Shown here piece by piece: positions 33,169 to 46,900 of a stretch of DNA of 64,000 nt. The position numbers and the translations under genes were made by a program. Position 1 is the first letter of the stretch. Every line of letters starts with the position of its first letter. The notes under the pieces are model-generated. The model was not told where the DNA came from, did not search any database, and saw only the letters and a list, made by a program, of their open reading frames with translations. Source of the DNA: Naegleria gruberi (Eukaryota); the NCBI GenBank assembly GCA_000004985.1, contig GG738845.1. One strand, written 5' to 3'.

Positions 33169-36100
33169 TTATTGCTGGTTGTTAGGAATTACTGAGCCAA
33201 TATCGTCATCATCATTGAATTCATCATCTTCTTCCATAGTCTTTCTTCTACAAACCATACCTTCCTCACTTTGCTTGAAGCCTTTTTTGTATTCCTTTAA
33301 AGTTTCAGACACTGGTTTGGAGCTCTTAAACTTCTTGTGACCATCAACATTAATATCTTTAGACATGAGTGGTTTCATTGCTGTTTGAAGACTGTTAAAT
33401 AATTGAGGATAAATTAATTCTTGATTAGCTAAGAGTGTCTTGACACGAGCTCTTTCTTTTGGTATTTCAAAACAGGCTGGGCAATTTTCATTAATGACAG
33501 GCAAACCACTTTCCCATGCGAACTTTTTGGTTTCTGTCTCTCTCACATAGATAAGTGGACGAATAACACGTAAATCTCCAACATCAATAGTATAGTGAGC
33601 CTTCATAGTTCTCATAAATCCGTTGTGGAAAATAGACATGATAAAACTTTCAGCTAAATCATCAAGATGTTGACCAAGTACAAGTACATTATAACCTTCT
33701 CTTCTGGCAGTATTGTACAAAATACCTCTTTTCATTCTGGCGCACCAAGCACAAATTGAAGAAGCATCACATTCTTTTGCGCCTTCAATAACAGATTGGG
33801 ATTCATAGAAATATGGAACTCCTAATTGTTTACAATAGTTAATTAATGGGGAAGGGTCATAGCTTGCAGTTTGAGGATCAACTGTACAAGCACCAAATTC
33901 AAAATTGATACCCAAGTTGCTATATTGCAATGCATGTAAAACATGGAGTAATGTTAGAGAATCTTTACCACCAGACAAACCAAGTAATAATCTATCACCT
34001 TCTTTAATCATATCAAACTCACGAATGGCTTTCTTGACAGGTGCCATAATTGACTTGGCATCAACTCTTGGCCACATCTTGTAGTGATTTTTCAAAATTT
34101 CTCTTCGTTTCTTTTCATCATCAACATCTCCCGTAATCTTATCGAAAACCTTTCCATCCAATTTTGGTCTCTTTGGAATATATTTCTTGGAAGCCTCTTG
34201 TTGTTTCCAGTCACCTTCAATTAAATCCTCTTCAATGCATGGCATGTCTAGGATAGAAGATTCAACCAAAGGAGTTACAGAAATAGGTTCAACAATAGGT
34301 GGTTGTGAATCATTTTCAACATTTTCAACAGGTATGATTTCAGAATTAAGTGTTGATTGTATCAAAGAGCTTGTCAATTTGGTATTATTACTTTCATTTG
34401 AGACAAGATTAGAAACATTAAAACCAGTCCATGGATTAAGAATTGATTGTTTGTAAATTTTTGTAATATCACCACCTTGTAATTCTTCAACAATTTGCTT
34501 TGGAAAAACAAACCATCTCCATTTTTCAGCATGATCAATTTGTTCATCCTTTGTTGGGAGATTTTCCTTATTAATAATACTATTTTCTTTCAGCAGGTTT
34601 GTGTTTGGTTTGTTGAGAAGAAGTAAATCTTGATCTACAATTCTATACTTTGGATTTGAGAATTCCTTTACAGCTTGTTCAGCAGACTCTTCAGCTTGTT
34701 TCAGATATGTATCATATTCTTTCTTTGGTGAACTAATCTTATATCCAATTTCTTGTCTATATTCAAGTTTACCATTTTTGTAAGAAATATTTTGTAACCA
34801 TCTTCTTGTTGGAAATTTTCTGTTATTATTATGAATCCATTCGCCTGATTCTGGATAAAAGTAATAATATGGCAAAAACTTGTAGCCATTTTCAGCAACA
34901 AATTTTACGGATTTAACAATATATTGGAATGTATCTTCATCCATAAAATAATTAAAGTTCAAACGAACAAAACCAGGTCTCAAAAACTCATAATCATCAT
35001 CTGATAAAAGTACATTTTCCAAACTCTTAGCATCGTTATATTTGAGACCAAAGAGGAAATGAGAAAATGGACCAGCACATGCACAACCAGATCTAGTTTG
35101 GATGCCAAACAAATCATTCAATAAAATTGAAACAAATGTAGATGGAAGGAAGGAGTTATGGTGTCTTACTAGGAAGCTGAATATTGGTAAACGAGGAGTG
35201 TTCTCATTGTGGCCAAGAATTACCAAATTTCTTGTTGACTTGAAGGATTCAAAAGCACGTTCAGTGAAATTAGTCTCAATTTGTGAAATCAATTGAGTGC
35301 CAACAGCCTGACGAAGTTGGAAAATAAGACCACATCTGACTGATCCTAAAATTTCAGGAGTACCACCTTCTTCTCTTTCATAAGACTTTTTAACATAATG
35401 ATGGTCTCTGTCAGTAACAAAGAATACAGTTCCACCGCCTGGGTTTTCAGGAATCTTATTTTTAAAGAGATGTTTTTTAGCAACAAGTACTCCTGGTGTA
35501 CCTGGACCTCCAATGAATTTGTGAGGACTAAACACAAGAGCATCCTTATAACAGAGAGCTCTTTCCTCGAGAGGAATCTCCTCTGCAACCTTACCAAAAG
35601 TGTGATCTAAATTCTCTGTAGAAACACCTCTTGGATTCATATCTATTTTAACATAAGGAGCTGCACAAGCATAATCCCAAACTACATATCCACCATATTT
35701 GTGAATTAAAATTGAGATCTTGTTAACATTTGGTTCAAGAACACCAGTCACATTTGATGCTGCAGAGAAAACACCAATAAGCATTCTCTTTCCGTTATTA
35801 TAATATTTTAACTTGTTTTCCAAATCCTCAAGATCAGCAACTTCATTTCTAGTTGGGCTAGAATCATTTGATGGTAAATAGAGTTTGATTGGAACAATGT
35901 GACAGCAGGATTCTCTCCAAGGAAGAATATTTGAATGGTGTTCAGCTGGACCAACAAAAACTACAGGTTGTACCTCATCAATTTCTTCACTTGATTCAAT
36001 ACTATAATAATTGTCATAAAATCCATTATTTGATTGCAAATTTTGTAAATTAGATGATAATTTCTTTTTGCTTTGTTGTTGAGAAGAAATGGTAAATTCT

Positions 36101-36746
36101 CTTTCCCATTTTCTTCTTTCCATTTTCATACTAGTTTCACCACCTCTTTCTAAACCCAAAAGATGTACTAATTTGTTAACAGCACTTGTTGAACCACTTC
36201 CACTAAATATTAAAACATCCTTTTTACCACAATTCAATGCATTTCTAATAATATAACGTGATTCATGTCTAAAAAGAGTACTTTGAAGACCAGTAATTGA
36301 ACTTGTTGTGTGTGTATTGGCATACATGGTCATTACTTGTTTCTTCATAAAATCTTCTAAAAAGTTGAGAGATCTACCTGAGGCAGTGTAATCACAATAG
36401 GTTATTTTTCTATAACCAAAAGGTGATTTAAAAACTTCATCATCTCCAATAATTGAATCATGAATAGTTTGTATGAGAGCAGACTTTTCCTTTACTAGAG
36501 ATTCATTATCTAAAATTTAATCAGATAAATTATAATGACTAGATTCAATAGATAATACATACCTGTTAAACTAGCTTCCTCTTCAGTATCGTTTGTTGCA
36601 CTTCTACCACCTGCTTGTTCGTGGTAAGAAACACGGAAGAAGGCTCTTGAACGTTTGGCAATAACAGATTCCTCTTCTTCTAAACCAACATGTTCACTAA
36701 CTGTCGGGATGTTATGGTTGCTATCACCACTATTATCTGTAATCAT
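33169..36746 (-). CDS. Fusion protein of about 1174 aa: an N-terminal class-V aminotransferase/cysteine-desulfurase-like (NifS/SufS/MOCOS-N-like) PLP domain joined to a C-terminal TtcA/TtuA-family PP-loop Fe-S tRNA thiolase domain. Join(36563..36746,33169..36509) on the minus strand.
   Basis: Exon 1 (ORF 36510-36746) ends at a gtatgt donor. A 53-nt intron (plus 36510-36562, acceptor ttttag) joins in frame to ...ITYCDYTASGRSLNFLEDFMKKQVMTMYANTHTTSS, which is like the YLD.A..T.....I..F...V...YGNPHS start of NifS-like enzymes. The PLP-lysine motif is ALVFSPHKFIGGPGTPGVLV. The C-terminal domain has the PP-loop LLLGLSGGKDSLTLLHVL; CAWCARMKRGILY matching TtcA CSLCSRLRRGILY; LGQHLDDLAESFIMS matching GHHRDD; VIRPLIYVRETE matching VIRPLAYCRE; and a second Cys pair NCPACFEIP. 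Confidence 0.7.
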
Positions 36747-36895
36747 TTAAAATAGTAACGGGCGACTATGGCTATTTTTTTCAATTCAAAAATTTTTAGT
36801 TCAAATTTAAAAATCGACAACCTTCGCTTAGAATAAATTAGTTTAAAAACAAAAGGTGGATATTCAACATTGAATTTATTTACAATAATTAACAA

Positions 36896-38315
36896 CTATT
36901 CCTTTAATTTAAGATATAGAGAATGCAATAATCTGGACTTTCTTAAAAGTGGTTCAGTCTCCAAATATAAAATTACATCTTGAGGTGTTATTACAATTGA
37001 TGATGGTCGTTTTCCAAGTTGTGACGAGTCATCATCAAACTCTTGCCCGTTGTTTTGTTTTGTAGAGTTGGTTACATTGCTTGCAGAAGGAGTTTTTTTA
37101 AGGGTCGAAGATGTCTTATTTGATTGACTCAAATTTGCGATTGAGGATTTCTTTCCAAGTGCAACGTCAATAGCAACATTCATATCAGACATTTTTTGTT
37201 CTTCATCCTCTTTTGAACTTTGATTTCTCTTTCTCTTTCCTTCTGATGATCCAGATTGTTTTTTTCGTTGGGCTTCTTTGGAGCGTTCCTCTTCCTCTCT
37301 TCTTTGTTCATCCTCTTGTAAAATTTTTTGTTTGATTTTCAATTCTCTATTTACCAAAGAATAATTACTATTTGAAGTAATCTCAATAAAGGAGGTATTA
37401 TCACTGGCATTAATTGGGGTATCCATTCTTGTTTTTGAGTTTAATACTAATTCCTCAACTATTGATCTCATTCTATCCTGAACTGCCAATGAAATAAATT
37501 CAACTAGAGCATCACTCACGGTAGGCTTCAATTGTTGAGTTTTAAGAATACGATTAATCTTATTTCGTAAATTGGTAGAATTGAGAAAAGAAACCTCTGG
37601 TTGAAATCTACTAGAATAATATGAGTGCACTTCATCATCATTGGCAAAAGGATGAACAGGAGTTTCTGGTTGTTGTTGATCCTCTACTTTTTTCTTTTTT
37701 GATGGAGGTTGTGTTGGAATAACTTGTGATGGTGTTGATTGTGGTTGTAATGGAGGAGGGATTGATGATTGTGGAGGTTGTGTGACTCCCATACTACCAC
37801 CGTCAGCTTTAGAATTTTTAATTGATTGAAGTTTCTGTATGCAAAGTATTGAATGAATTGGTATTAAATTCTTTAATTAAACTTACCTTAAGTAACTCTC
37901 TTGCTTGTGGATTATTTGCAACAAAATTCTTTCTATCTTCTGCGGTCATTGTTTTCATGCTTTTAAACATTATTTGTTCCTCTTCAGTAAAAGGGGTTGG
38001 TGTTTGTGACGGTATTTGTATAGGTTGAGAAGTTTGTGAAGGATTTGGTAGTACTCTAGTTTGTTGTTGTTGTATTAATGTAGATGATGTTGGTATTTGT
38101 ATAGGTTGAGAAGGTTGTAACGGAGTAATAGAAGTAAATCTGTCTTTGATATCCTTTATTCTCTCCGTTAGAGCTCTTACATCTATGAGTCCTGTAATAA
38201 ATTCATCCTTTGCTTTTTGAAGTAAAAGTCTTCCTTCCGGGAGAAGAAGCAGGTTCAATTGCTGTACTTTTTGCTCCAACTTGAGAATGACTGTTTGATT
38301 AAGTTGTGTTGACAT
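36896..38315 (-). CDS. TAF4: TFIID subunit TAF4, about 456 aa, join(37887..38315,36896..37834) on the minus strand.
   Basis: A 52-nt intron (gtaagt at plus 37881-37886; acceptor cag at 37835-37837) joins ORF 37818-38315 to ORF 36896-37792. The C-terminal domain LVEFISLAVQDRMRSIVEELVLNSKTRMD ... IVITPQDVILYLETEPLLRKSRLLHSLYLKLKE aligns with the human TAF4 C-terminus (VSYVSHATQQRLQNLVEKISE ... RVNLRDLIFCLENERETSHSLLLYKAFLK). Confidence 0.65.
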
Positions 38316-38874
38316 TTTTTTTATTAATAAAAATTAATCAAGTGTACACTTTGAGAAATAATGTTGTTTTTAACTATTAATCAAGTAAATGAATTGTTGC
38401 AAACAAGAAATTTTGTGCCAAACCTTCATCAAACTTAGATTTTGATTTTTAGAAAATTTATTCCAGTGTCTAAAGACCTCTAGAATGGCTTTTTGAATGT
38501 TGAAGGAAGTTTGAGAGGATGATGAATCTGTCCACAAGGGCTATATTATCCCTTAAAAACATAATCTCAAACGTTAGCTCAATATTCAAAATATTGCTGA
38601 TATTTGTAAACTCATTCTTTGCACAAATTGTTTTTAAGAATGTAGATCAATTATCACAAATTTTTACACTATTGCATTTTACTCCAATCTTGATAACAGT
38701 TTCCACTTCTCTCGGTATGCGAATTTAGACAAAAAAGGCTTAATATCGACTTCGGGTTGAAACCGAACGGCCTCCATCAAACAAAAAAAATATTCACACT
38801 CGTAAACAAGGTCATCTTTGATATTGTTTGTTCAACATAAAATCATTATCATAGTTAATCGGATATATAATATA

Positions 38875-39873
38875 ATGGCCCAACTTGCTGTTATTACCCA
38901 TAATGCCATAAAGGATATGGGAGTTTTTTTTGATTGTTATATACCAGTGCAAAAGAATATTTCAACAGTGTATCCTGCTGATAAATTGTCTGATTTGAAT
39001 GGTTTTGATGCTGGACTTGTTAATTTTTGGTCATTCATGTTACAAAATTATTCTTTAAATATGGTAACAATTATACTCCCTTTCACAGTTTTACTTTTAA
39101 ACTATGTTTTTGTTTGTGGATTCATGTGGTTCATTGAACAATGTGACTTTTCATTCTTGAGGAAATACAAGATTCAACCTGTAAGTATTATTTATCGGAG
39201 TTGGAACTGACAATTATTTTAGAAAAAGTATAATAGTGGATCTAAAATTTTTTGGGCCACTCTTTATTTACTTTACACTTACTTTGTTATTATCCTACCA
39301 ATGTATACTGCTGCATTCTATATTTTGAGTCAAGTGGATTACTTTAGTTTGGAAGTTTTTGATGTTCCAAACTGGAAAACTTTGGTATGGCAAATTGCTG
39401 TGTGTTTATTCTTTGAAGATTTTGGTCACTATTGGTTGCATCGTTGGATGCATACTCCTTGGGCTTATAAGGTTATTCACAGAAGACATCACGAATTTGA
39501 TGCTCCAAGCTCACTTTCCACCAGTTATGCCCATCCAGTTGAAATTGTAATTCAAGGTATTGCTACATTCTTGGGACCAATCATTCTCAGACCACACATT
39601 TTAACTCTTTTCATTTGGGTCAACGTTAGACAGCTTGCTGCTTGTGAAACTCACTCTGGTTATGATTTCCCATTCTCTCCAAATAATATCCTCCCATTCT
39701 TTGGAGGTGCTGATTTGCATGATTTCCATCACAGAACTTATAATGGCGCTTACAGTTCGAACTTTGTTTGGTGGGATGTTTTGTGTGGAACTGATAATGG
39801 TTATTTTGAATGGAAGAAGAAACAACAATCAAAAAGAGAAAAAGACACTTCTGACGAGAAGAAGGACAACTAA
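38875..39873 (+). CDS. ERG25: C-4 methylsterol oxidase (ERG25/SC4MOL; fatty-acid hydroxylase superfamily), about 318 aa, join(38875..39180,39223..39873).
   Basis: gtaagt intron 39181-39222. All three histidine boxes are present: HYWLHRWMH, HRRHHEF and HDFHH. The overall order closely matches yeast Erg25 (KIQP..., GYDFPFSPNNILPFFGGADLHDFHH vs [25 protein letters not shown]). Confidence 0.85.
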
Positions 39874-39943
39874 GCTCAAAAATGTAATCTAAAATTGTTT
39901 GGTGTATACCAATAAGTCAATAAATTCAATAATTGAAAATAAT

Positions 39944-42900
39944 TTATTTTCTTCTTGTAAAACATCTCAATTTGGAAACAATTTTTTCCAAATTTTCAAA
40001 GAAAGTGCGCAAATTTTTTGCTCTAAGGTCATATTCTGTAATTCCTTCCAATAACAATTGGAAACCTTTTGCAATATCTTGAGAGTGATTTGGTTCATTC
40101 ATTAAAACTCCTTCAACAGCAATTCTGAAACTATTTTGATCCCACAAAATGAGGCCGTAGAGAGTATCACTAATGTTGTGCAAAAGTTCAATATCGAAAA
40201 CTTCATACAGCAACATGTTCACACTTTCCCTTATTAACATTCCTACAAACGATTGATCTTGTTGGTTAAAAGATAAAGGATATTTAGCCCTATGCGAACT
40301 TAATGAATGAATGGCATCAAAACTGTCTTGTGCAATATCAAGCTCGAAACTAGAATTATGTGTCACAAATTGGAAAATTTAAATTACTTACTGCCTAATA
40401 CCAAAAACGAGAGAGTTAATGAAATGATTGAATAATTGATTTGGTAATAAAGCAACCTTCTCAGGATACATTTCCATCATGAAACCAATAAGTTTAAAAT
40501 ATTGTTTGCGAAGAGGGGTGAAATCCAACAGCTCAATAGTTATAAGAGGCAACATTAAATGAATTCCTTGGAAAACATAATTCACAATGGTATTTTGGGT
40601 ATTTTCATCATTTTTGACATGAACCTCAGCAGAAAATACTCCTACACTATCAAAATCAGAAAAGTCTAAAAAGTCTTTCGATATCATAAATGTTAAGGTT
40701 TTCAAAAGAATTAATAAGTCCTTATACTGTTCTTCTTCAGAAAGGTCATCAAGGGCGTTTCTTCTCTTTGAATTTGCATTAACGGATTTTTTAGCATTCT
40801 GTTGTACAAAGGATTGAATCATTATGAGACAAGTGTGGAAAAGAGATTTGCATTGATTTTTTGTTATATGTGGAATGAATGACTTGACACAATTTTTGAA
40901 AACTCTTAGAATTAGAGTGACAAATTGCTCGTGAAGGTGGTATTGATTTAAAAGTTTGATAAGATTAATAAGGATTTTTTCTGATTCAAAAAATGAAAGC
41001 ATAATTTCAGCAACATCTGAATTTGTTGAACCTTTGGCTATTCCTAAAAATTTCTCAAAACAATAATCCAATTGTTCCATGATTTGAGGTTGTTGATATA
41101 CTTCTGTAAAATCACTTCTGGAAAGTATTGAATTGAACTGATCTCTGAGAGGTGTTAAAATTACTTTTAGAACTTGATGTAACTCTTCAAAATCTTTCTT
41201 GTCTTGTATCTTTTTGATAAAAGATGCACAACAGGATGTAATACATTGAGTTAGTTTGCCTTTGATTGAGTTTGAAGCTTTCTGTAGGGTATGATAGGTA
41301 TTATAATCATTCTTTACCATTTCTACGAAAGTATTAGTTCTGATAAGACATTTTTGGATAGATTTTTTTCTTGACATTGTCATGAATAATCTAATTGATT
41401 CTAGACATGTTTCGTGCTCACTTGACCAGTGTACAAGGTTATGAGAAATTTTTTGTAGCAGATAATCCACAATTTTCACACCGTTTTCTGATTGCTCCCC
41501 GTACATATGTATAATTGATTTGCTAATACTCTCAGTATGGTGAGATATTTCAGGCATCAAATATGATTGTGCCCATCTCCAAAAGAACCACATTAAAATT
41601 TTTGCAATTCTAGGACTAAGCATTTGTGGACTCTTGGAAAGGCAAAGAAGTTCAAATTGAGAAAACTTAATTATAGAGTTAATAAAGTTAAAGAAAACAT
41701 TATCTGAAGATCCATCTGTTAAATCTACGATCTCTAATGGGAGTGTAGGTGCTTCACCTTCTACATGATCAGCAACTGTATAACCTCCAATTTCTATAAT
41801 CCATTCAAAATCTTCCCACAAACCATCCAATTGTCTGTTTTGTGAATTTTGGCCAAATAGGTTTTGTAAGAGGGAAAATCTGGTAGAAAATTTGTGGTAT
41901 AAAAGTTGTAGAGATGGTTCTGCTAGTTGTCTACCTAGAACACCAATAGCATTCAATTGTTCATCAACAACTGACTCTTCATTTTCATATTCATCATCTT
42001 CAATATCGGATGGTGGTCTCTGCTCTGGAACTTTGAGATCAACATAACTCTTGTAAATTTCAAAGCAACATTGTCTAACTAAATCTGATCCCTTCATATC
42101 TAAGTATAAACCTGATGGTGAATGACGAGCTGATGTTAGGGATTCACAAATCAAGCTCCAACATTCAAGAAGAGTGGTCAAACTATCCAAAATAAATTGA
42201 TCATTAAATTTGGATGATATTTCAATTGTTCTTATGGTAGCTTTTGTAAGATGTTGAATTATTTCCATAAATTGTGCTTGGTTTAAATGATAGTAAATTT
42301 CTATGAATGTTGAAAATTTAAAATTAGTAAATAATCGATAAATACACTGAGAACAATCATAAATTTCCTGTCCACAAATTAATGAAAATTCCAATGATGT
42401 AACATTAGAAAGAGCACTAAATATGATTAAATATATCAATATTAAGTTTTACAAACCTATTCATTAATGAAAAAATACTTGACAAAAGTCCAATAAAAAA
42501 ATTCAATTTAGAATTTCTATCTGTAAAACAGTCGATTGAAATATTGCACCACTGAGTTAAACAAAGTCGTACTTGATGTGTAATTCTAATAAAAAGTTCA
42601 GCGTCCAAAGCATTTTGATTAGAAGATGTAATAACAAGGCCTTGGCGAAATTTTTGATGGAATTGAATTAAAAGTGTTAAGATATCAGTATTAGAAAATC
42701 TTTCCTTCCATTCCTTGGATGATGGAGAGATTTTGCCTTGTTCTAGGAACGCAGAACCAGAACCACCTCCACTGCTAGCATACTTATTTTTGTAAATTTT
42801 AGTAGAAATAATAGTCTTCAATGAACTCATTTCATTAAATGGAGAAAAATCCCAACAAAGAACCTCACGTATCAGTTGAAGAGCATTGACTGACATTTTT

Positions 42901-43781
42901 AACAGTTCTGAAATTTCATTTGTAACAACTCCACAAAATATTGATTCATCCTGGATGGAGAGAGTTCTTTTTAAAATGTCGCAACCCAATACAAAACAAT
43001 TGGATAAAAAATCTTGTTGGAACATTACTCGAGATTTTTCATGAAATTCCCAATTCATTCCAATTTCAGATGATGATCCTCCAAGAGAAAATTCAGTAAT
43101 TAAATTCAGTAATAATTGAAGAGCTAAATTTTGGGACATTTGTTGTACCTGTGGTGAATCTTGGCTAAGAAGTTGTTGAATATGAGTAAATGTCATTTCT
43201 CTAAATTGTTTTCCTCCATTATTTTCATCAATCCAAGATCTTTTTTGAATAATTGAGTAACCTTGTAATAATTGATTAATTATTTGTTGTAAAATAGAAG
43301 GAGGTTGAATTGAACCAGCACCAGAACTGATAGAAGATGGAACATTTCCTCCCAAAACAACAGAGGCAATAAATTCAAATAAATATTGACTCAAGTTTAG
43401 TTTCATACTAACATCCAAAACATTCCATTCTTGAACAATAGATTTCTTGATGATATTTGAAGCAAAAAACTTTGTTACTACACTATATTGTGGTCCCTCT
43501 ATGAAATTATTAATAACAAATATATTTAAAATTATAATGATGATTACGGAATAAAAACGTACCAAGAATATGTCTACAAAAATCGTATGGTTGTGGTTGG
43601 TTTTGACAATGTTGAATAAAAGCTTCATACTCCTTTCGTTTCCTATTATCAGCAACCTGAAATAAAAATTGATGAATAACTATTTTCTTCTCTCAACACT
43701 TACGATATTCAAGTTTGAACAAGCTTCCTCTAGCTTTTGACCCAAATCATCGAAGGGTTGAAGAGGTTTTTGTGGTTCCAT
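39944..43781 (-). CDS. Exportin/importin-beta-family nuclear transport receptor (exportin-4/7-like), about 1214 aa, 5 exons: join(43704..43781,43563..43656,42457..43498,40392..42416,39944..40349) on the minus strand.
   Basis: The four ORF-track ORFs (39944-40366, 40388-42439, 42417-43655, plus an unlisted 78-nt first exon MEPQKPLQPFDDLGQKLEEACSNLNI) are linked by introns of 40-64 nt (gtaagt, gtacgt, gtttgt, gtaagt). All phases are consistent and the 3645-nt total is divisible by 3. Exon 2, read in its true frame (not the ORF-track frame), gives VADNRKRKEYEAFIQHCQNQPQPYDFCRHIL(E)GPQYSVVTKFFASNIIKKSIVQEW, which fits the importin-beta N-terminal (IBN_N) pattern. The remainder is a long HEAT-like helical repeat. 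Confidence 0.55.
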
Positions 43782-43955
43782 TTTTTAAAAGTTGCATTCC
43801 AAATAGCAACATTATATAACTCACCTCATAATGTTTAAACAAGATCAATTTGTAAGAATTCATTACGGGAGAGTTCTTGGTTAACAGAATTGTTGCTAAA
43901 CAAAACCAACAAACAATATAAAATAATATTTTAAATTCACCTTCAATAAAAAAAA

Positions 43956-46900
43956 ATGGGCAAAGACGATGATGAGGTTACCAAGTTTCATGGTTATGAC
44001 TATAGATCCAACTCCAATGTTGTACTAACAACAAAGAGAAAGAAAAGATCACAAAATCAAGAACCATCAGGTGAACCAGAAACGTTGTCCGGTAAGGATT
44101 TACACAGAATGGGTGATCGTGTTATACACTCAAAACCTCCTGCCTCTGCTAAAAAGAAGAAAAAACAGGAGCAAAAATTATCATTTAAAAAAAAACAATC
44201 TATTCTGGACATTAATACTTCTCAAGAGCATTATAATCCAAAAACAGACGAAACTAGGACAGTTTATGAATCAATCTTGGACAAGGTACAACATTATTTA
44301 GGTGATGTTGACCATGATACATTAAGAGGAGCTGTAGATGAAATATTAACAATAATGCATGATGAAAATCAATCTGATCACCAAAAGCAAGAGGAAGTTT
44401 CACAAATATTATCATCAATACCAAGTGATGAGTTTGCAAAACTTTATCAATTATGCAAGCGTACCACTGATTTCGTAGTTAGTGATGTTGTAGGAGATAA
44501 TTATCAAGGAATTGATGAAGGAATAGCTTTAGTTTCATCTGATGAAGAAGAGGATGATGAAACAGAGGGATTGAACAATCAAACTGTTGGATATGTTGTT
44601 TCGTCTGACTCTGAGTCTGATATTTCTGACTCTGAACAACCTACAATAGTGGAATCTTCAAAAATGGAAGATGAAGAAGAAGAAGATTTGGATATTACCA
44701 CTATTGATTCTCTTTGGCTCCAAAAAGAGTTATCTAAGTATTATTCTGATTCTATTGAATGCAAAAAATTATCTAATGGGATTTTAGATATATTATCAAG
44801 CTCTGAAGATGAGCACGACATTGAAAATCAATTGGTTCAGATTTTAGACTATGATAAAATTGATATGGTACAAAAATTGATGAGAAATAGATTAAAAATT
44901 ATTTATTGCACAAGATTACACCAAGCAGCAACGAAAGAAGAAAAGGAAAAGATTGAACAAGAAATGATGACTAATGATAGTTTGGTAAAAATTTTAGAAA
45001 AGTTGAAAGGTACCAAAATTTCATCAGGAAATACTGGTACTTCTAGGGTAGAGAGAGAAAATTATCAATGGAAGGGAGAGAGAGTTATAAATTTGGAAAA
45101 TTTAACTTTTGAAGAGGGTAGTCATTTAATGAGTAATAGAGATTTTACTTTACCAAGTACTGCTTCTACAGCCCAATTCAAAGGTTATGAACAAATTACC
45201 ATTCCATACTCTTCTCAAGATAAACCGCGAGTAGATAATTTAATTGAAATCAAGTCATTACCAGAATGGTCTCACAAAGCATTCCCAAATATGGTTAAGC
45301 TCAATGCTGTACAGAGCATTATTTTCAAATCGGCATTTTATTCCCCTGAAAATTTGTTAATTTGTGCTCCAACTGGTGCTGGTAAGACTAATGTTGCTGT
45401 TTTGACAATGCTTCATGAAATTGGCTTACATATGGATGAAAGTTTTGACAACTTGATAGATTTGGATTTCAAGATGATATATATTGCTCCTATGAAAGCC
45501 TTAGTACAAGAAGTGGTCGGTAACTTAAGCGAGAGATTAAAACCATATAATATTGTTGTACAGGAATTAACAGGTGACAGAAATATGACAAAACAGCAAA
45601 TTGATGAGACTCAAATTATAGTCACAACGCCAGAAAAATGGGATATTGTTACTAGAAAATCTGGAGACAGGACATATGTTGAAAAAGTCAAGTTAATTAT
45701 TATTGATGAAATTCATCTTCTTCATGATGAAAGAGGTCCTGTACTAGAGTCTATTGTTGCTCGTACAATTAGACAACAAGAATCAACAAGACAAAACATT
45801 AGACTAGTAGGATTGAGTGCTACCCTTCCTAATTATAAGGATGTGGCAACATTTTTACGTGTGAAACCAGATAATTTATTTTATTTTGATAGTAGTTTTA
45901 GACCATGTCCTTTGGATCAATATTATATTGGTGTAAATGAAAAGAAGCCATTTAAAAGACACAAGTTAATGAACGAGATTGTGTATAATAAGGTTGTTGA
46001 AATAGCAGGGAAACACCAAATTATTGTGTTTGTACATTCCAGAAAGGATACATACAAAACAGCAAAGGCATTGCGTGATATGGCAATAGAAAATGATACA
46101 ATTGGTAAATTTGTGAAACAAGGTTCAGCTACTTCAGAAATACTTAAAGAGGCATCTCAGAAAGATGCTAATGGAGCAGAGTTAAAGGAATTGCTTTCTT
46201 TTGGGGTTGGCATCCATCACGCAGGTATGACAAGAAATGATCGTACTCTTGTTGAAGATTTATTTGATGATGAACGTTTACAAGTTCTGGTCAGTACGGC
46301 CACTTTAGCTTGGGGTGTTAATCTTCCAGCCAGACGAGTTATTATTAAAGGAACTCAAGTATACAGTCCTGAAAAAGGTGATTGGACAGAACTGAGTGCT
46401 CTGGATGTCATGCAAATGATAGGTCGTGCGGGAAGATTTCCAAGAGATAGTAGGGGTGAAGGTTTAATTGTAACAACCCAATCTCATTTACAGTATTATC
46501 TTGCTTTGCTTAATCAACAATTACCTATTGAAAGTCAGTTTATCAAATCGCTACCAGATAATCTTAACGCTGAGGTTGTTCTTGGAACAGTTCAAAACAT
46601 TGATGAGGCTATCAACTGGCTTGGTTATACCTATCTTTATGTTAGAATGTTGAGAAATCCGCTTCTTTATGGTATTACTAAAGAAGATGTGGAACATGAT
46701 AAGAATCTCTATCATTGGAGAAGAGATTTAGTATATTCTGCTGCATTAATTTTAGAAAAGAACGGACTTATCAAGTTCGATAAAAGATCAGGAGATTTCC
46801 AACCAACAGATTTGGGAAGAGTTGCAAGTCATTACTATGTTACTCACAAGTCAATTGCAACTTTTAATAATAATTTGAAACCAAACTTAAGCGATATTGA

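Noticed and set aside
38730-38780. A small hairpin (cttcggg...ccgaacgg) in the TAF4/ERG25 divergent promoter, considered as a possible snRNA/snoRNA.
   Set aside because: It has only about 5 bp of stem. There are no flanking box C/D, H/ACA or Sm-site motifs, and no similarity to U-snRNA conserved sequences.
42417-43655. The ORF-track N-terminus MLIIGNERSMKLLFNIVKTNHNHTIFVDIFLVRFYSVIIIIILNIFVINNF of ORF 42417-43655.
   Set aside because: This stretch is exon 2 read in the wrong frame plus intron 2 read through. The spliced frame (VADNRKRKEYEAFIQHC...) fits the importin-beta N-terminal pattern, and the exon phases require it.
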